Assembly (NCBI RefSeq): GCF_004010195.1
Contig: NC_057732.1
Span: 12,759,958 to 12,823,957 of the forward strand
Reading direction: 5' to 3'
Length of the DNA stretch: 64,000 nucleotides
From: Chiloscyllium plagiosum
Taxonomy: Eukaryota
Positions within the stretch are counted from its first letter, which is position 1. Each line of letters starts with the position of its first letter. Positions 1-13,800 of the stretch are shown here, one piece after another. The notes beneath the pieces are model-generated. The model was given only the letters and a program-made list of their open reading frames with translations, had not been told where the DNA came from and made no database searches. Both the position numbers and the translations under genes were made by a program.

Positions 1-171
1 CATTGTACTCTATGCTTTCTCCCCACCCCCACCCTCCTCTAGCTTAACTCTCCACGCTTCAGGCTCACTGCCTTTATTCCTGATGAAGGGCTTTTGCCCG
101 AAACGTCGATTTCGAAGCTCCTTGGATGCTGCCTGAACTGTTGTGCTCTTCCAGCACCACTAATCCAGAAT
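1..171 (+). mobile_element. Penelope-like element 3' end / pseudo-LTR fragment
   Basis: Same sequence family as the 3' end of the GIY-YIG-containing element at 39642-40924; contains the hammerhead motif. Confidence 0.75.
76..111 (+). ncRNA. Minimal type I hammerhead ribozyme motif in a Penelope-like element 3' end
   Basis: attc CTGATGA a GGGC tttt GCCC GAAA CG TC gatt: intact core, 4-bp stem II, ACGT palindromic stem III, GUC triplet. Stem I is weak (U-U mismatch). Confidence 0.65.
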
Positions 172-1935
172 AAAGGTCAATCAAGGATAATAGTGGGAAG
201 TTATGTGTGGAGTCTGAGGAGATAGAAGTGCTAAATAAATATTTTCCATCAGTTGATGAATACTGGGAGGATGTTTGGTAATGCTCTTCAGGAGGGTTTA
301 AACTAATTCAGCAGCAAGATGGGAACCTAAATTGTAGTTCCAGTGTCCAGGAGGTTGAGAGGAGTGAGGTCAGAAATGAGGTTTCAAGGTCACAAGAGTT
401 CACCGGTAAGCAGGAAGGTAGATTCACACTGGAAAAAGACAATGTTGCCAAGAAGAATACTGAAATATAGGCTACTAGACTAGACAGGATTGAGGTTCAC
501 AAGGGGGAAGTATTAGCAATTCTGGGAAGTGTGAAAATAGATGTCCCCTGGGCCAGATGGGACTTGTCCTAGGCTTCCCTGGGAAGGCAGGGAGGAGACT
601 GCAGTCTCTTTGGCTTTCATCTTTATGTTGTCATTGTCAACAGGAATAGTGCCAGAAGACTGGAGGATAGCAAATATTGTCCCCTTGTTCAAGAAGGGGA
701 GTAGAGCAAACCCTGGTAATTATAGACCAGTGAGCCTTACTTTGGGTTGTCAGGAAAATGTTGGAAAAGGTTATAAGAGATAGGAGTTATACTCATCTAG
801 AGAGAAATAAGTTGATTGGGATAATCACATGGTTTTGTGAAGGATAGATCGATGTCTCACAAACCTTACTGAGTTCGTTAAGATGGTGACCAAACAAGTG
901 GATGAGGGTAAAGCTGTTGATGTGGTGCATATGGATTTCATTGCACAAAATACGGAGGCATGGGATTGGGGGTGATTTAATGGTTTGGATCAGAAATTGG
1001 TGAGCTGAAAGAATTGGTGGTCGTTGATGGGAAATGTTCATCCTGGAGTTCAGTTGCTAGTGATGTACTGCAAGGATCTGTTTTGGGGCCATTGCTGTTT
1101 GTCATTTTCATGAATAACCTAGATGAGGTTGTAGAAGGATGGGTTAGTAAATTTGCAGATGGCACTAAAGCCGGTGGAGTTGTGGACAGTGCTGATGGAT
1201 GTTGCAGGTTACAGAGCGACATAGATTAACTGCAGAGCTATGCTGAGAGGTGGCAAATGGAGTTTAATGCGGAAAAGTGTGAGGTGATTCACTTTGGAAG
1301 GAGCAACAGGGATAAAGAGTACTGGGCTAATAGTAAGATTCTTGGTCATGTAGAGGAGTAGAGAAATCTCTGTGTCCATGTACATAGATCCCTGAAAGTT
1401 GACAGGGTTGTTAAGAAGGTATATGTTGTGTTAGCTTTTATTGGTAGAGGGATTGAGTTTTGGAGCTACGAGGTTATGCTGCAGCTGTACAAAACTCTGC
1501 TGTGGCCGCACTTGGAGTATTACATACGTAGTTCTGGTCACCGCATTATAAGAAAGATGTGGAAGCTTTGGAAAGGGCTCCAAGGGGATTTACTAGGATG
1601 CTGTCTGGTATGGAGGGAAGGAAAGGCTGAGGGATTGGAAGATTGAGAGGTGACTTAATTGAGACAGAGAAGATAATCAGAGGATTTGATAGAGTGAACA
1701 GTCTTTTTCCTCAGATGGCAATGGCTAGTATGAGGGGACATAGCTTTAACTTGAGGAGTGATAGATATAGGACAGATGCAGTGCCTGCAACAGTAGTAGA
1801 CTCACCAACTTTAAGGGTATTTAAATGGTCATTGGATAAACATATGGATGAAAATGGAATCGTATAGGGTGGATGGGCTTCAGATTGGTTTCACAGGTCA
1901 GTGCAACATCGAGGGCCAAAGGGCCTGTACTGCGC
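172..1935 (+). mobile_element. CR1-clade LINE (HER-like), decayed ORF2 RT and 3' end
   Basis: ORF fragments [42 protein letters not shown] and RGDLIE, with frameshifts. Confidence 0.9.
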
Positions 1936-2160
1936 CAGTTGAGGCTGTCCTCATGGATGATGAATTTGGCTATCAGCCTCTGCTCAACAACTCTGCATTG
2001 TTCTGTATCCCAAAGTCCACCTTAGAGATCCGAGGCTCAATGTCTTTGACCGGTGAAGCGTTCCCAACTGGGAAGGAACATTGCTGTCTGGCAGTGTATG
2101 TCATGGACAACATTGGCCAAATCACTGGAGTATTGGCCGCAAACGGAATTCACCAACCTT
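1936..2160 (-). mobile_element. Penelope-like GIY-YIG C-terminal remnant
   Basis: Minus strand encodes fragments resembling the PLE endonuclease end (RQQCS.PVG..F...; RVVEQRLIAKFIIHEDSLN). Confidence 0.55.
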
Positions 2161-4764
2161 CACCTGGATTTACTAAGATTTACATTCTTGCAATGCCATT
2201 TCACCTAAAGCCATGCAATTGTTGTTGAAATACTTTAAAAGCTTTTTTTGTTTAAGCTCTTACATTCTCTTAATCTAATCTCTTTCCTACCATTTGTTTA
2301 TTCTGTTTGACAATCATTCACCTTACTTCATTCGCTCATATCCCATAAGTTATGAATCCTAACATTTCATTGTTAGCCATAAACAATTGGTTCCATTGTA
2401 TTACTTCTGGATTTCTCTTTATCCCAGTTGTGTGGGGATTTCTTCAAGCCTGGCCTAATGTGGATTCAGACACCTTGCCAGTCTAACTAGAAATCTTGCA
2501 AATAAATAATGAGATTTACTGCATTATTTACCATTATTTGCAGATTGGATTAAAATGATAGAATAGAAAAGGGTTGAGGGGGAAATCAGCCAAATGGGAT
2601 TAGATTTATTTAGGATACCTGGTCAGCATGGACGAGTTGTAGCAAAATGTCTGCTTCCATGCTGTACAGCCGTATGACATAACAGTCTCTGCAGTAAGGA
2701 GCACACTAGCCACACAGTTGCCCCAGCACGCTCCTTCTTTATTCTGACCAAATCCCAAGTACATCATTAGTGTAGCTAGCACTAACCATTAAGTATTAAT
2801 CATTTCAGACTCACAGGCTCACTTTATACTTTCAACTTTGACTCTCCTAAATTTCTTCCAACTGCACATTTTAGATTTCAATAAAAGGATCTCATCTCAA
2901 ATTGATTAAAACAGTGAAGTTATGCACCCGTGCTGTCTAATCAACTCCATGTTTGCCTCCATAGTAGCAGTGACTACAGTTCAAAACCCGATTTTTACTG
3001 ACAAAACATTTTGACATTGCAAGAGGATGCCACATAAAACAATTTCTTTGCATTGGGAATGCACATCCAAAAAGCAGTGGGAAGAATTTCAAACCCCCAC
3101 CAAACCAGCTGGCTTCTGGACGCTAAAAATCTAAAGCCTGATGTCAACTCCCCCATCTGCTGTAGGTTTTAAAAGAGGGGAGATTTGCGAGGGGAGACAA
3201 CCATCCAACCTCCAGGAAGTGGGATGACAATTTCCATCATAGTAAGGCAGCTTGACTCACACTTGAGTACCATTTCGGAGTGCACGCTAAACATTGTGCT
3301 TCCCTGCAGTTTATAGGGAGGTGGAGATTATCAGATCCAGGGTGGTAGCTGCTAATCCCTTGCAAACGTATCATGCTGTTGGTCTTTCATACCTCTACCA
3401 CAACCCCACCTGGTGATATCTTCCCACCCCCTCTTCTCCTTCACCAGCAGAGTATCCAAACATCCCTAGGTATGTCAAGCTACTTGTCCAAGTTCTCAAG
3501 ATGCAATTATGAGCAGTTAGGTACAGTGAACTGACCTGCACGCCTGAAATGATGACATGCACACCATATGCAAAGCTTCAATTTGCAGCATTCACCCCAT
3601 TATGCAAACAGCTGCATTAGAGTTTGCGCAAGTTGCCATTTCATGCTAAGTTACGTCATGGACCCCTATTACACATCTTCAATCCACCACAGCCACTTTC
3701 AAATATCATCCATATAATTCTCTTCAATTATTGCATTCTGAAACACATATTTACTCACCTTTCACTATTAAAAAAGCTGTGCAAAGTAAACAAAGTAGCA
3801 CAGAAACTGAAGGGAGACATCTGTCCATTGGTAGAATGTGCTTGCTCTCCATCTGTTCCTGCTAGTCGGAGAGGTACTTTGAGCACCAGTGCAGTGCTAC
3901 TCTGCCAATGGTGAGCTGCACACTGAGAAAGAGGGGCTGCTGCAGCTCTTCAAATGAATGTTACATGGAGAGAAGGCTCATCTGGTCAGCTCAAGAAGGT
4001 AACTGGGACTGCAGTGGCTCATAATATTCTGATGTAATCACACAGCACTCCTGGCTCCATTGAAACAATGCTAGATAAGTTAACCAGATTTTAGTTAATG
4101 GACCATTCTTGGTGCACCAAACTTAGCAGGAGGAGAGAGCTGGCAAATTAATCATCATAATCTTAAGTAAAGGATTGTCCCAACTCCATGGAGTGGCAGG
4201 AATTTGGAAGCTGCTCATCAAATCTTCCATGCAATCCCAAAAAAGTGAGCCCAGCTCACATGGAATATGTTGAACTTACTTTACAATCCAGTGAGTGTAT
4301 ACCAGAACATGTGCAGAATCTTTCAAGAGTACTTTAAAGAATGTGCTTAGAAACAATAACTTCACATGGAATCAATTCCAAGATTCAGTAAAATACATTA
4401 GACTACACAGTTGTATTAATATTTTAATGTGCACATTTCAAACGGTGGAGGAAGAGGAAAAATTTGAAAATAATATTTTCAGAGTTACTCAGAATTACAT
4501 CCTGTTGACATGGTGCTAGCAAATTCATTCATATTTTTCAGAATGCATCTCTATTTGATATCTGAATAATGAAATATGTAGATAATTAATGCAAATGATC
4601 AATTTAAACCTTCACATTAAAACATAAACTGGTTGTTTTGATCATGCCTTTTTGAATAATTTCAACAACAACCATCTTGCTTCTTGAAATCCAGTCTCTG
4701 GTTAGTAGGAAGGTGAATACAATCAGAAGATAGTGCTTCCTTTGTCGATGTGCCCATTCCATTA

Positions 4765-4816
4765 TTACTTCCAACGACCACCCACCTTACCCTTGCCACG
4801 AGCTGCTTTTGTACTG
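4765..4816 (-). CDS. TNNT2-like: Troponin T terminal coding exon (F)[16 protein letters not shown]
   Basis: cactcag acceptor (CAGCAG tandem), ends TGG AAG TAA TAA; GRWK is the characteristic TnT C-terminus. Confidence 0.95.
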
Positions 4817-7800
4817 CTGAGTGTTTGAAAATAAAAAATAATCATTCACCAATGTCATTTAATTAAAAACACATGTTAAAATCATGCATTACCTAGTTCT
4901 TAATCTTTGGTTCCCATACAACATGAAACAGTACGAGTCATTGCACAGATTTGACTAAATATTGTGTAATACAAGATTAATGGCTTTCTTAGAATGGTCT
5001 GATGAACAACGGTATAACAAAGCTGCAGTAAATGGGTAGGAATAGTCTGAAGGCCTGATGACTGTATTAACAGCAACAAAAACCACTGACTTTTGGCAGG
5101 ATACATCATTCAACCTGAAACAGCTTGAGATGGGGAACAGCAGCAATTTTAAAGTAGTAAGCAAAGTGAAACACATCACTTCAAAAAAAAAATCTCAATT
5201 TCCTAAGCTGAAAGGGAGATCAAAGATTAAAAGGAACATGAAAAATTTCACGCTCAAACCAGCTTTCTTAAAAACAATGACTATTGCAATTATCGAGAAA
5301 AAAAGAGAACGAATTAGAACTTGTGATTTTGTAGATATTGTTGCATTGGCCCCATTAGCAATATCTGTCCCATCCATTGCAAACAATGTCTGATAAATAG
5401 TTACAACCAGCATTTATCACTAGCTTTCAATCAAATACAAATGGTTAAATTGTACAGTCTACACATCAACTCCTCTTAAAAATTACTCACTCATTCTCAT
5501 TAAGAAGATAGAACATGTGTCACAAATTCTAAAAATAATGAAGCAAGCTTTTGTACAGGATACTTTATCTCTATTAACTTTTTGTTGCAAGAATTCTGAT
5601 TATTAGACAGTAGAAAACAGAAACCTGGAAGCTTGGATCTGGCAGTTCTTGGCCAGAGAGCTGTACAGTAGCTGTCGGCAATTGAGGACCTGGTCATTCT
5701 GTTGACCATCAATAGACAAAGTGGCAAAATTCAACCCCATGAATTTTTATTGGTAATGATCAACAAAGACGTTTCATTCATTTTACTTTGATACAAATGA
5801 TCTTGTATTTATGGATAACCTTCTATGACATTGTCCATCCTAAAGTCAACTTCTTTTGGGAAATGGGAAACTTGGCTGACAATGGACAAACCACAATGAA
5901 ACAAATGAGTACATCATCTATTCTCGATGTCCTCGATATTGGCTGATGGATTGCTTGCGTTGAAATGATTTTTATCATTCTAAGTAGGCAAACAGGACTT
6001 TGCTTTAAAGTCTTGTTTAGACGACTGTGGCACATCCTTTCCAGTAGATCACTGCAGCATTATAATCTGGAGATGCAGAATGGGACTTTGTGAAGGTCCC
6101 GGTGTACCTGACTACCCAGGAAGTTTAAACTTCCAACAGATAAATACCCAGCATCTGGAATCCTCCAAAAGAAAATTCCTAGCTCAGTTGGGAATTGGAC
6201 AACTTTGGAGAGTTTCAATCAGTGACCTGGATAGTCATAAACGGAAACAAAGAAGTTATAGGGATTAAAACCCACTCCCCTACTAACTGGCTAACTGCCC
6301 ACCCTGACCCAGCTTTTTCTGTCCTCAACCTGACTCGACCTTAACCATGTGCTGTCAAATAGAATCTTCCCAAACTGGATCAAATCCTGGAGTCCCCTTA
6401 CCAACCAAGATTACCTCCCAACTTCCATGCCACTCCACAGCCTCCATCCACCTGTCACCCTACTCCCCTCATCAAACACCAGGCTTTGCCTCCCATGCAC
6501 CGCATCATCAGAAGATTAACCATAAAATGCACAGGCAAGCACTCTTGTGCTTAAATGTCAAATGAGAATTGTTCCAACACCGATTGGAAGTTGTGGTCTT
6601 GTACTTTTGACAGTTTAATATGAAGTGTCTACCTAGATTATATACTCAAGTTTCTGCCTTAAATCTATTTCTTTTGATTCAGACAAGAATGAGAGCTACA
6701 ACAAATGCTGACATCTGAAAGTTTCATTTCAATTATTCCCACACCTGTTTTAAAAAAAAATTGAAAACTATTTATCTTAACAGCACTCAACACAATTAAT
6801 AACAACACTTGACTACTCAACACAATGAGGAGCTATCCATATAGAAGGACAAAGAAAGAATATCAATTGTTTAACACAGAACAATGATGTTTCTAAGTTA
6901 CAATTGTAGGTCTCAACATGGTGTTTTAATAATTCATTAACTAAGTCTGCTACATACTAGATCTTGTGGTACAATGGGTAACGTCTCTGCCTCTGAGCTA
7001 GAATCTCAGGGTTCAAGTTCTGCTTCAGGACCTGATGGCCAATTAAGACCATAAGACATAGGAGCAGAAATTCGGCCATTCAGCTCATCACGTCTGCTTT
7101 GCCACTCAATCAAGTCTGATAAGTTTCTCGACCCCATTCTCTTGCTTTCTCCCCATAACCCTTGATACTCAAGAATGAATCCATCTATCCATCTATCTCT
7201 GTATTAAACATATTCAGTGAACTGGCCTCCATAGCCTTTTGTGGCAGTGAATTCCATAAATTCACCATTCTCTGGCTGAAGAAGTTTCTCCTTACGTCCG
7301 TTCTAAAGGGTTTTCCCTTAACATGAAGGCTAGGCCTTCAGGTCCCAATCTCTTCTACCATAGGAAACACTTTCCCAACATCCCACTCTGTCCAGGTCAT
7401 TCAGTATTCTGTCTGTTTCAATTAGATTCCCCCTCATCCTTCTCAACTCCATCAAGTATAAACCCAGAGTCCTCAAATGTTCCTCATATGTTGAGCTTTT
7501 TATTCTTGGGACCATTCCCGCGAAGCTCCTCTGAACCTGCTCCAGGGCCAGTACATTCTTCTGAGATATGAGGCCCAAAATTGCTCACAATACTCCATAT
7601 ATGGTCTGACCAGAGCCATACAAAGTACATCCCTGCTTTTACATTAAAGTCCTCTCAAAATAAATGCCAACACTGCATTTGCCTTCCTAACTGCTGACTG
7701 AACCTGCAAGTTTACCTTGAGAGAATCCTGGATGAGAATTCTCAGGTTTCTTTGCACTTCAAACTTCTGAATTTTCTCCCCATTTAGAAAAAAAGTCCAT

Positions 7801-10800
7801 GCTTTTTCTCAAAGTGTATGACCTCACAATTTCCTATGCTGTACTCCATCCACTAGATGGAGTTTCAATTGGGAAATCCTTTCAACATTTGTAAGTAGTC
7901 GAAATGATTTCTGGTTAGCCATATGATGGAAAGAAATGGAGAGTCTCTCCAATCCATAGTCTGACCCTAATTCCATGAATGTAACCGTGTCACAGCAACT
8001 TGGATATCCTGATGGTTTGGAAGGCTGATTTGAAAGACTTTGTATTATTTGTTAATGGCACATATGGAAATCAAGTCACAGCATGCAAACTAATTAATTC
8101 CATGTCGAGTTGATGGATAGATTGAGATCTCCTTAAAAATCTTTTTTTAATGTCCTTCTCTGCATGACTGAGGAGCTTTCAGTTTGCTGGTGTTTATTGC
8201 CTCTTTCCCTTAAAAAGACAGAGACTGACTCTGAGCAACTATGACCAAATGTCACTGAACTGACACTCAAGACAAAGGGAAATTGCTGTTAAAGATTTTA
8301 AACTTACAATTTTCCCATCTGTTCATGAACTCGAATCTGCAGCAGGTTGATCTGAAACAACAAAAAATAAAGCAGCAAGATTATTCTGTTTGGGATACTG
8401 AAGTAATCAGCATTCAGAGAGAGCAAGATGTGGACAACATTCAGGGTTACGTTGATAAATAGCGAGGGACATCTATACCAAACAAGTGCCAGGCAATGAC
8501 AATCTACAATAAGAAAGAATTAGCCATTTCCTATTGACTTTCAATGACATTATTGTCACTGAATATCTCTATTAGTCTGGGGGTTTTCAGCTGACCAGAA
8601 ACGGAATTGGACGGAGGACACAGAATAGATGAGAAGGCAAGTATTGAGGTTGACACAAGGAGCCTGCAGAAGGGGAAAGGGGAGAGGTTGAGTGGACAAA
8701 AACAAAAACAACAAAATATAATAAAATGGGAAAAATGTGAGGTTATGCACTTTGGCAGGAAGAATAGAAGAGCTGAATGTTATTTAAATGGTTGAAGTTT
8801 ACAGAAATTTGCAGCACAGAGATTCGTGGATCCGAGTGCATGAATCACAAAAAGCTAGCATCCAAGTTCAGTGGGTAATAGAGAAGGTTAACGGAATGTT
8901 GCCTTTTGCTTTATAGATATTGGAGTATGAAAAGGTCTTGCTAAAACAATACAGTGAACAGCTTGGGGAGCTGGAAGTTTTTGTTGCAAACGTTTCGTCC
9001 CCTGGCTAGGCGACATCATCAGTGCTTGGGAGCCTCCTGCGAAGCGCTTCTTTGATGTTTCCTCCGGTGTTTATAGTGGTCTGTCCCTGCCGCTTCCGGT
9101 TGTCAGTTTCAGCTGTCCGCTGTAGTGGTTGGTATATTGGGTCCAGGTCGATGTGTTTGTTGATGGAGTTTGTGGATGAACTGACCCCAATATACCAACC
9201 ACTACAGCGGATAGCTGAAACTGACAACCGGAAGCGGCAGGGACAGACCACTATAAACACCGGAGGAAACATCAAAGAAGCGCTTCGCAGGAGGCTCCCA
9301 AGCACTGATGGTGTCGCCTAGCCAGGGGACGAAACGTTTGCAACAAAAACTTCCAGCTCGGCGAACAGAACCACAACAACGAGCACCCGAGCTACAGATC
9401 TTCGCACAAACTTTGAACAGCTTGGGGAGTTTTTTAGGGAGGGATGTACTGACGTTGGAGACAGTCCAGAGAAGGTTCTGGATGACAGGAAAAGTTATTG
9501 AAACATAAAATTCTTCAGGGAAGCAGGGTTGATGTGGAGAAGTTTTATTCCCTTATAGTAGAGTCTGAGACCAGAGGGCAAAATCTTAAATTATTAGGGA
9601 TACAAGGAAGATGGTTTCTCCCCCCTTAGAGATTCTGGATCTTTGGAATTCATTACCTAAAGGGTGCTGGGACTTGGTCAGTAAGTATATTCCAGGCTGA
9701 AATAGAGAATTAAGGTTTATAGGAAAGAGGATTTTCAAATCAGCCATAATCTCATTAAATGGCAAAGCATTCTGTTCCTACTCCATTTGATCTTACAGAA
9801 ATAGCAGTGGAGACATTATTATAGTGACATTCTGCTCTTCTGATGTAACTAAATCTTAAAATGAAGCTTCATTCTTTTTAAAGGTGAAAGGCACATTGAA
9901 TTTTTTTTAGTCATTTGACCATTAATGTCCATCTCAACAATTTTCTCTTTCCTGCATGTACGTTGGTAATGAACAAATGAATTGTTCAGTAACCTAGTCA
10001 CTATTTGAACAACATAATTTATAGAGCACCTTCTAGGACCTCAGCAATTCCCAATGAATAATTTTGAGTGTCTGGGTATCTGTTGTCGCATAGGAAGTGT
10101 AGCCAATTTGAGCAGAACATTGCATGAACTTTGGGACAAATGTTGGCCAAGTCACTATTAATACGAACAGCTAGCTCTGCTAACCCTTGACTGTATATTA
10201 ATTATGATCAATAATTGTATTATAGTCAAATTATTTGCAATGACTCTTCCTTCATTTTATTCGCATTGTTATCTGAGTGAACCTACCATGGCTCTCTCTC
10301 CCCATTTCAGTGTTCCTGCTGCTTTGCATTTACAGATACAAAATATTGAACCTATTTCGGGATCATTAGGTTTCTTTGTAAATTTCTTTTCAGTTCAGTT
10401 GACAGCCAAAGAAAACATATTCTCCAGCTCATTTCTCTGCAGTTCATATCTTAAATGTTCAGGTTGCAGGCTGACAACAGCTCTGGTTGTGATTGGATAT
10501 CTGTTATGTATAGGAAATGAACATCCAACCAAAACTTCTCAACTAGGGTCTATTAACTTAGTGACAGGGTCTATCTATCTATGGATCTGTATTTTGTACC
10601 ATAGCTTAAAAAAAAATTCTTTTTGCTTATAATTCCTAGCTCCTACACAAACCTGGCAAGGTGATTGGACAATTTGAGAAACCTGCTAAAAAGAATACAG
10701 GCTAAGGGCTTTATAAATAGAGGTACAAGAATTCAAAAACAAAGGTGCGTTGTTATGATTTTATAAAATCAATTATCTGGACTCGGCTGGTACCTATATT

Positions 10801-13800
10801 CAATTCTAGGTTTAGGTTTGAGGTCATGACCTATAAAAGGGTGCAGAGGCGATTTACTATTTAGTAACTCTTTCTAAAAGGGCAGCATTAGCAAGACTAG
10901 CATCTTGTTCCTCATCCCATATTGCTCTAGGAAAGAAACTTTACTTTCATGATTACACCAATGCTCATGTCTCCAAAGGAGTGACAGGGCAGAGTCTGCA
11001 TGTACAGGAGGGCGTCCTTGACTGGTAGGTGTTACAGGGGCTGGAATGCTCCATCTTCCTTCAAGGTGCAATTTAAATTTAACAAGTCTCTGTTGGAATT
11101 TTGATTTCTGTTCAGCGCTGCTTTATAGGGCTGTCATGAGTTAATTTTGCCAGTTTTTTGGGGAGCTTCAAAACACCATTGTATCCCAAGCGGCTTGGCA
11201 GAGTGGTTCGTTCCTATCCTGGGCCGCTGAGAGCCAGGGGACAGTTAAAAAATTTAGGATCTCCCATTTGAGACCGGAGATAAGTAGAATTAGGTTTTCT
11301 TGGATGCTGATTTAAAGAATTCTTTACCCCAGTGAGTATATATTCAGATGGCTTATGGAAGGCAGACAGGTAGAGCAGTTGCTACCACAATCAGACCAGC
11401 CAAAATCTTATCAAATGACAGAGCAGTGCAGGGAGGCCAAATAACCTTTTCTGCTCCCAATTCCTCAAGTCTAATGAACAATTGGATAGATTTTTTGAAT
11501 AATTAGCACAGACAATGGGCCAAATAGCCTCTTTCTATAATGTATGACTCTATTTCTTCAATAGGTTGAGATTTTGGATGCCTAAGGTTTTTTTTTTAAT
11601 TATCGAAAAGCAAACTATTGCAGATGCTGAAAGTCTGGAAAAAAAAATAGCAAAATGCTGGAGAAACTCTGCAGGTCTGGTACATCTGTACAGAGAGAAA
11701 CAAAGTTATTGTTTCAACTCTTTGGACCTGCAATTTCTCCAGCACAATTTCTTTTATTGAATGGAGTAAATTAAGAAAGTACATCAGACAAAAAGCAATT
11801 ATGAGAATAATTGTCACTATAAAACACACAGTGGCAGAACCACTTTATCAATTCCATCCCCAAAGTGTAGTTTTCTTTTCTAACTGAGCAGCTACAGAAG
11901 TGATTATATTGGAGAAGCCCTACAATAGGCGAAGTCAATTGGTCAATGGAGCATGCCAGGTCAGTGCAAATAAGGCTCAATTCAACAGCTTCTATTGCTT
12001 TGTTCAAATGATACACATCCAGAATGGCTGAATGATTTAAGGTGCAGTCAGATACAGTACTAAGGAACTGGGAAGTGAATGTAAGACTGCCTAAGCTGTG
12101 ATTAGGTGAATCAGTTTTAATGTCAATAGAGCTGAATCCCACAACCTGCAAACCTGTGTAAGATTACTGTGACCTGGTCAGCTCAACTGGGACGCAAAGA
12201 CTTCGATATTAAACTCGATCTGCCACTGCCAAATTTTTTTGTCTTGAAAGGCTGATTCATTTGCATGGCCTGACAATCTAAGAAATTCATAATGCAGGCA
12301 TTTGTGTCCAGGCCATAAGGGGTTCAAGATCAGTTACTAGAGTCTAGCATTACCAAGGAGCTCTAGGACAGGAAATCATATTTTAGGGCTACTCTAACTA
12401 CAGAAAGTTGTAAAATTCACAACTTACAAGACTAGAAAATTTCTTTCAGTTCTGTTAAGTCAAGTAGGTGTCGTAGTTATGCCTTACATTTGTATGCAAA
12501 TACACAACCCCAGAATGTGTTTAAACAGCATAGCAGATAGAATTTCCAGCCTACGCACAGAACCCCAAATTCATTGGCGAAAACTATTTGCAGAATGTTT
12601 TAGAAAACTACCGATAAACTCCAGAACTACATTTATTTCCTCATGTGGAGGAAGTGATAGCCTAGTGGGTATTATCGCTGGACTATTAATCCAGAGACCC
12701 AGATAATATCTGGGGACCCATGTGTGAATCCTGCCATGGGAGATGGTGCAATTTGAATTCAATAAACATCTGGAATTAAGAATGTAATGGTGACCATACA
12801 ACCATTGCTGATTGCTGGTTCACTGTAGGGAAGGAAACTGCCACCTTTACCTGGTCTGGCCTACATGTGACTCCAGACTCTCAGCAATGTGGTTGATTCT
12901 TAATTGCCCACTGGGCAATAAATGCCCTCATAGCCAGTGATGCCCACATCTCAAATGATTTTTAATAATGGCTTTCGAGAAAAGTATGTTGGCCTTGTGT
13001 TAATTATATTTCTAAACATATAGCTTGATCAGAGTTGCAATGATCCACAAGACAATTTACTTTTTTTTTAAAAAACAGGACAGGCATTAGGTGTAGAATC
13101 ATCTGCTTTCCAGTCTTTAAGTTGGGTGGCAGGATTGAAGAGGGATGTGTTGAGTTCGCTTTTGTCTAGAGATCACGTGCAGCTTGGCTCATTAGCTAGC
13201 CAAGTGTGGCTCAAATATTGGGCAGGCACTGACACATATTGAAGGCCCTGGTGCTTTTCAATGCCTCAGGCTCAATTTTGTGGCCCTTCACCCTTCTCTT
13301 AGGGCAGCACAGTGGCTCGTAGTTAGCACTGCTGCCTCAACTACCAAGGACCTGGGTTTGATGCCAGCCTCAGATAACTGTGTGAAGTTTGCACTTTCTC
13401 CCAGTGTCTGCATCAGTTTCTGCAGGGTGCTCCAGTTTCCTCCTACAGTCCAAAGATGCGTAAGTTAGGCAGATTGGCAATGCGAACCAAATTTGCCCCA
13501 TAGCATTCAGGGATGTGTAGGTCAGGTGGGTTAGCAACCCCAATGCAGTTTTATGAGGTTGGGTCTGGATGAGCGAGTTTTCAGAGAGTCAGAAAAGACT
13601 CAATGGGCCAAATGGCCTCTTCCTACAAGATAGGGATTCTAGGAGTGTATGATTTCCCCAGTCAGACTGCTACCCTCAGCTATCCTCCTATCATACACAT
13701 CCACATCATACTTCAGCCTCTCACCCCTTTCATCCCCCAAGCCTTTGCTAGCTGACAATCTGCTGCATGGCATTCATAAACAAGCACTCTCGAACAAGAA

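Larger units (their letters stand above)
8690..9800 (+). mobile_element. Decayed CR1 3' fragment interrupted by a Penelope-like insertion
   Basis: [20 protein letters not shown] and LETVQRRF flank the insertion. Confidence 0.75.

Noticed and set aside
2290-4764. Troponin T poly(A) site
   Set aside because: Several candidates (ATTAAA near 4423, AATAAA near 2738 and 2297 on the minus strand); the sequence alone cannot choose between them.
5091-5114. 24-nt phase 2-2 candidate exon (LNDVSCQ) before the last exon
   Set aside because: Weak gtcagt donor and no resemblance to TnT; no support without RNA data.
9006-9321. Two near-identical 99-aa ORFs on opposite strands
   Set aside because: Artefact of the Penelope palindrome, not a gene pair.
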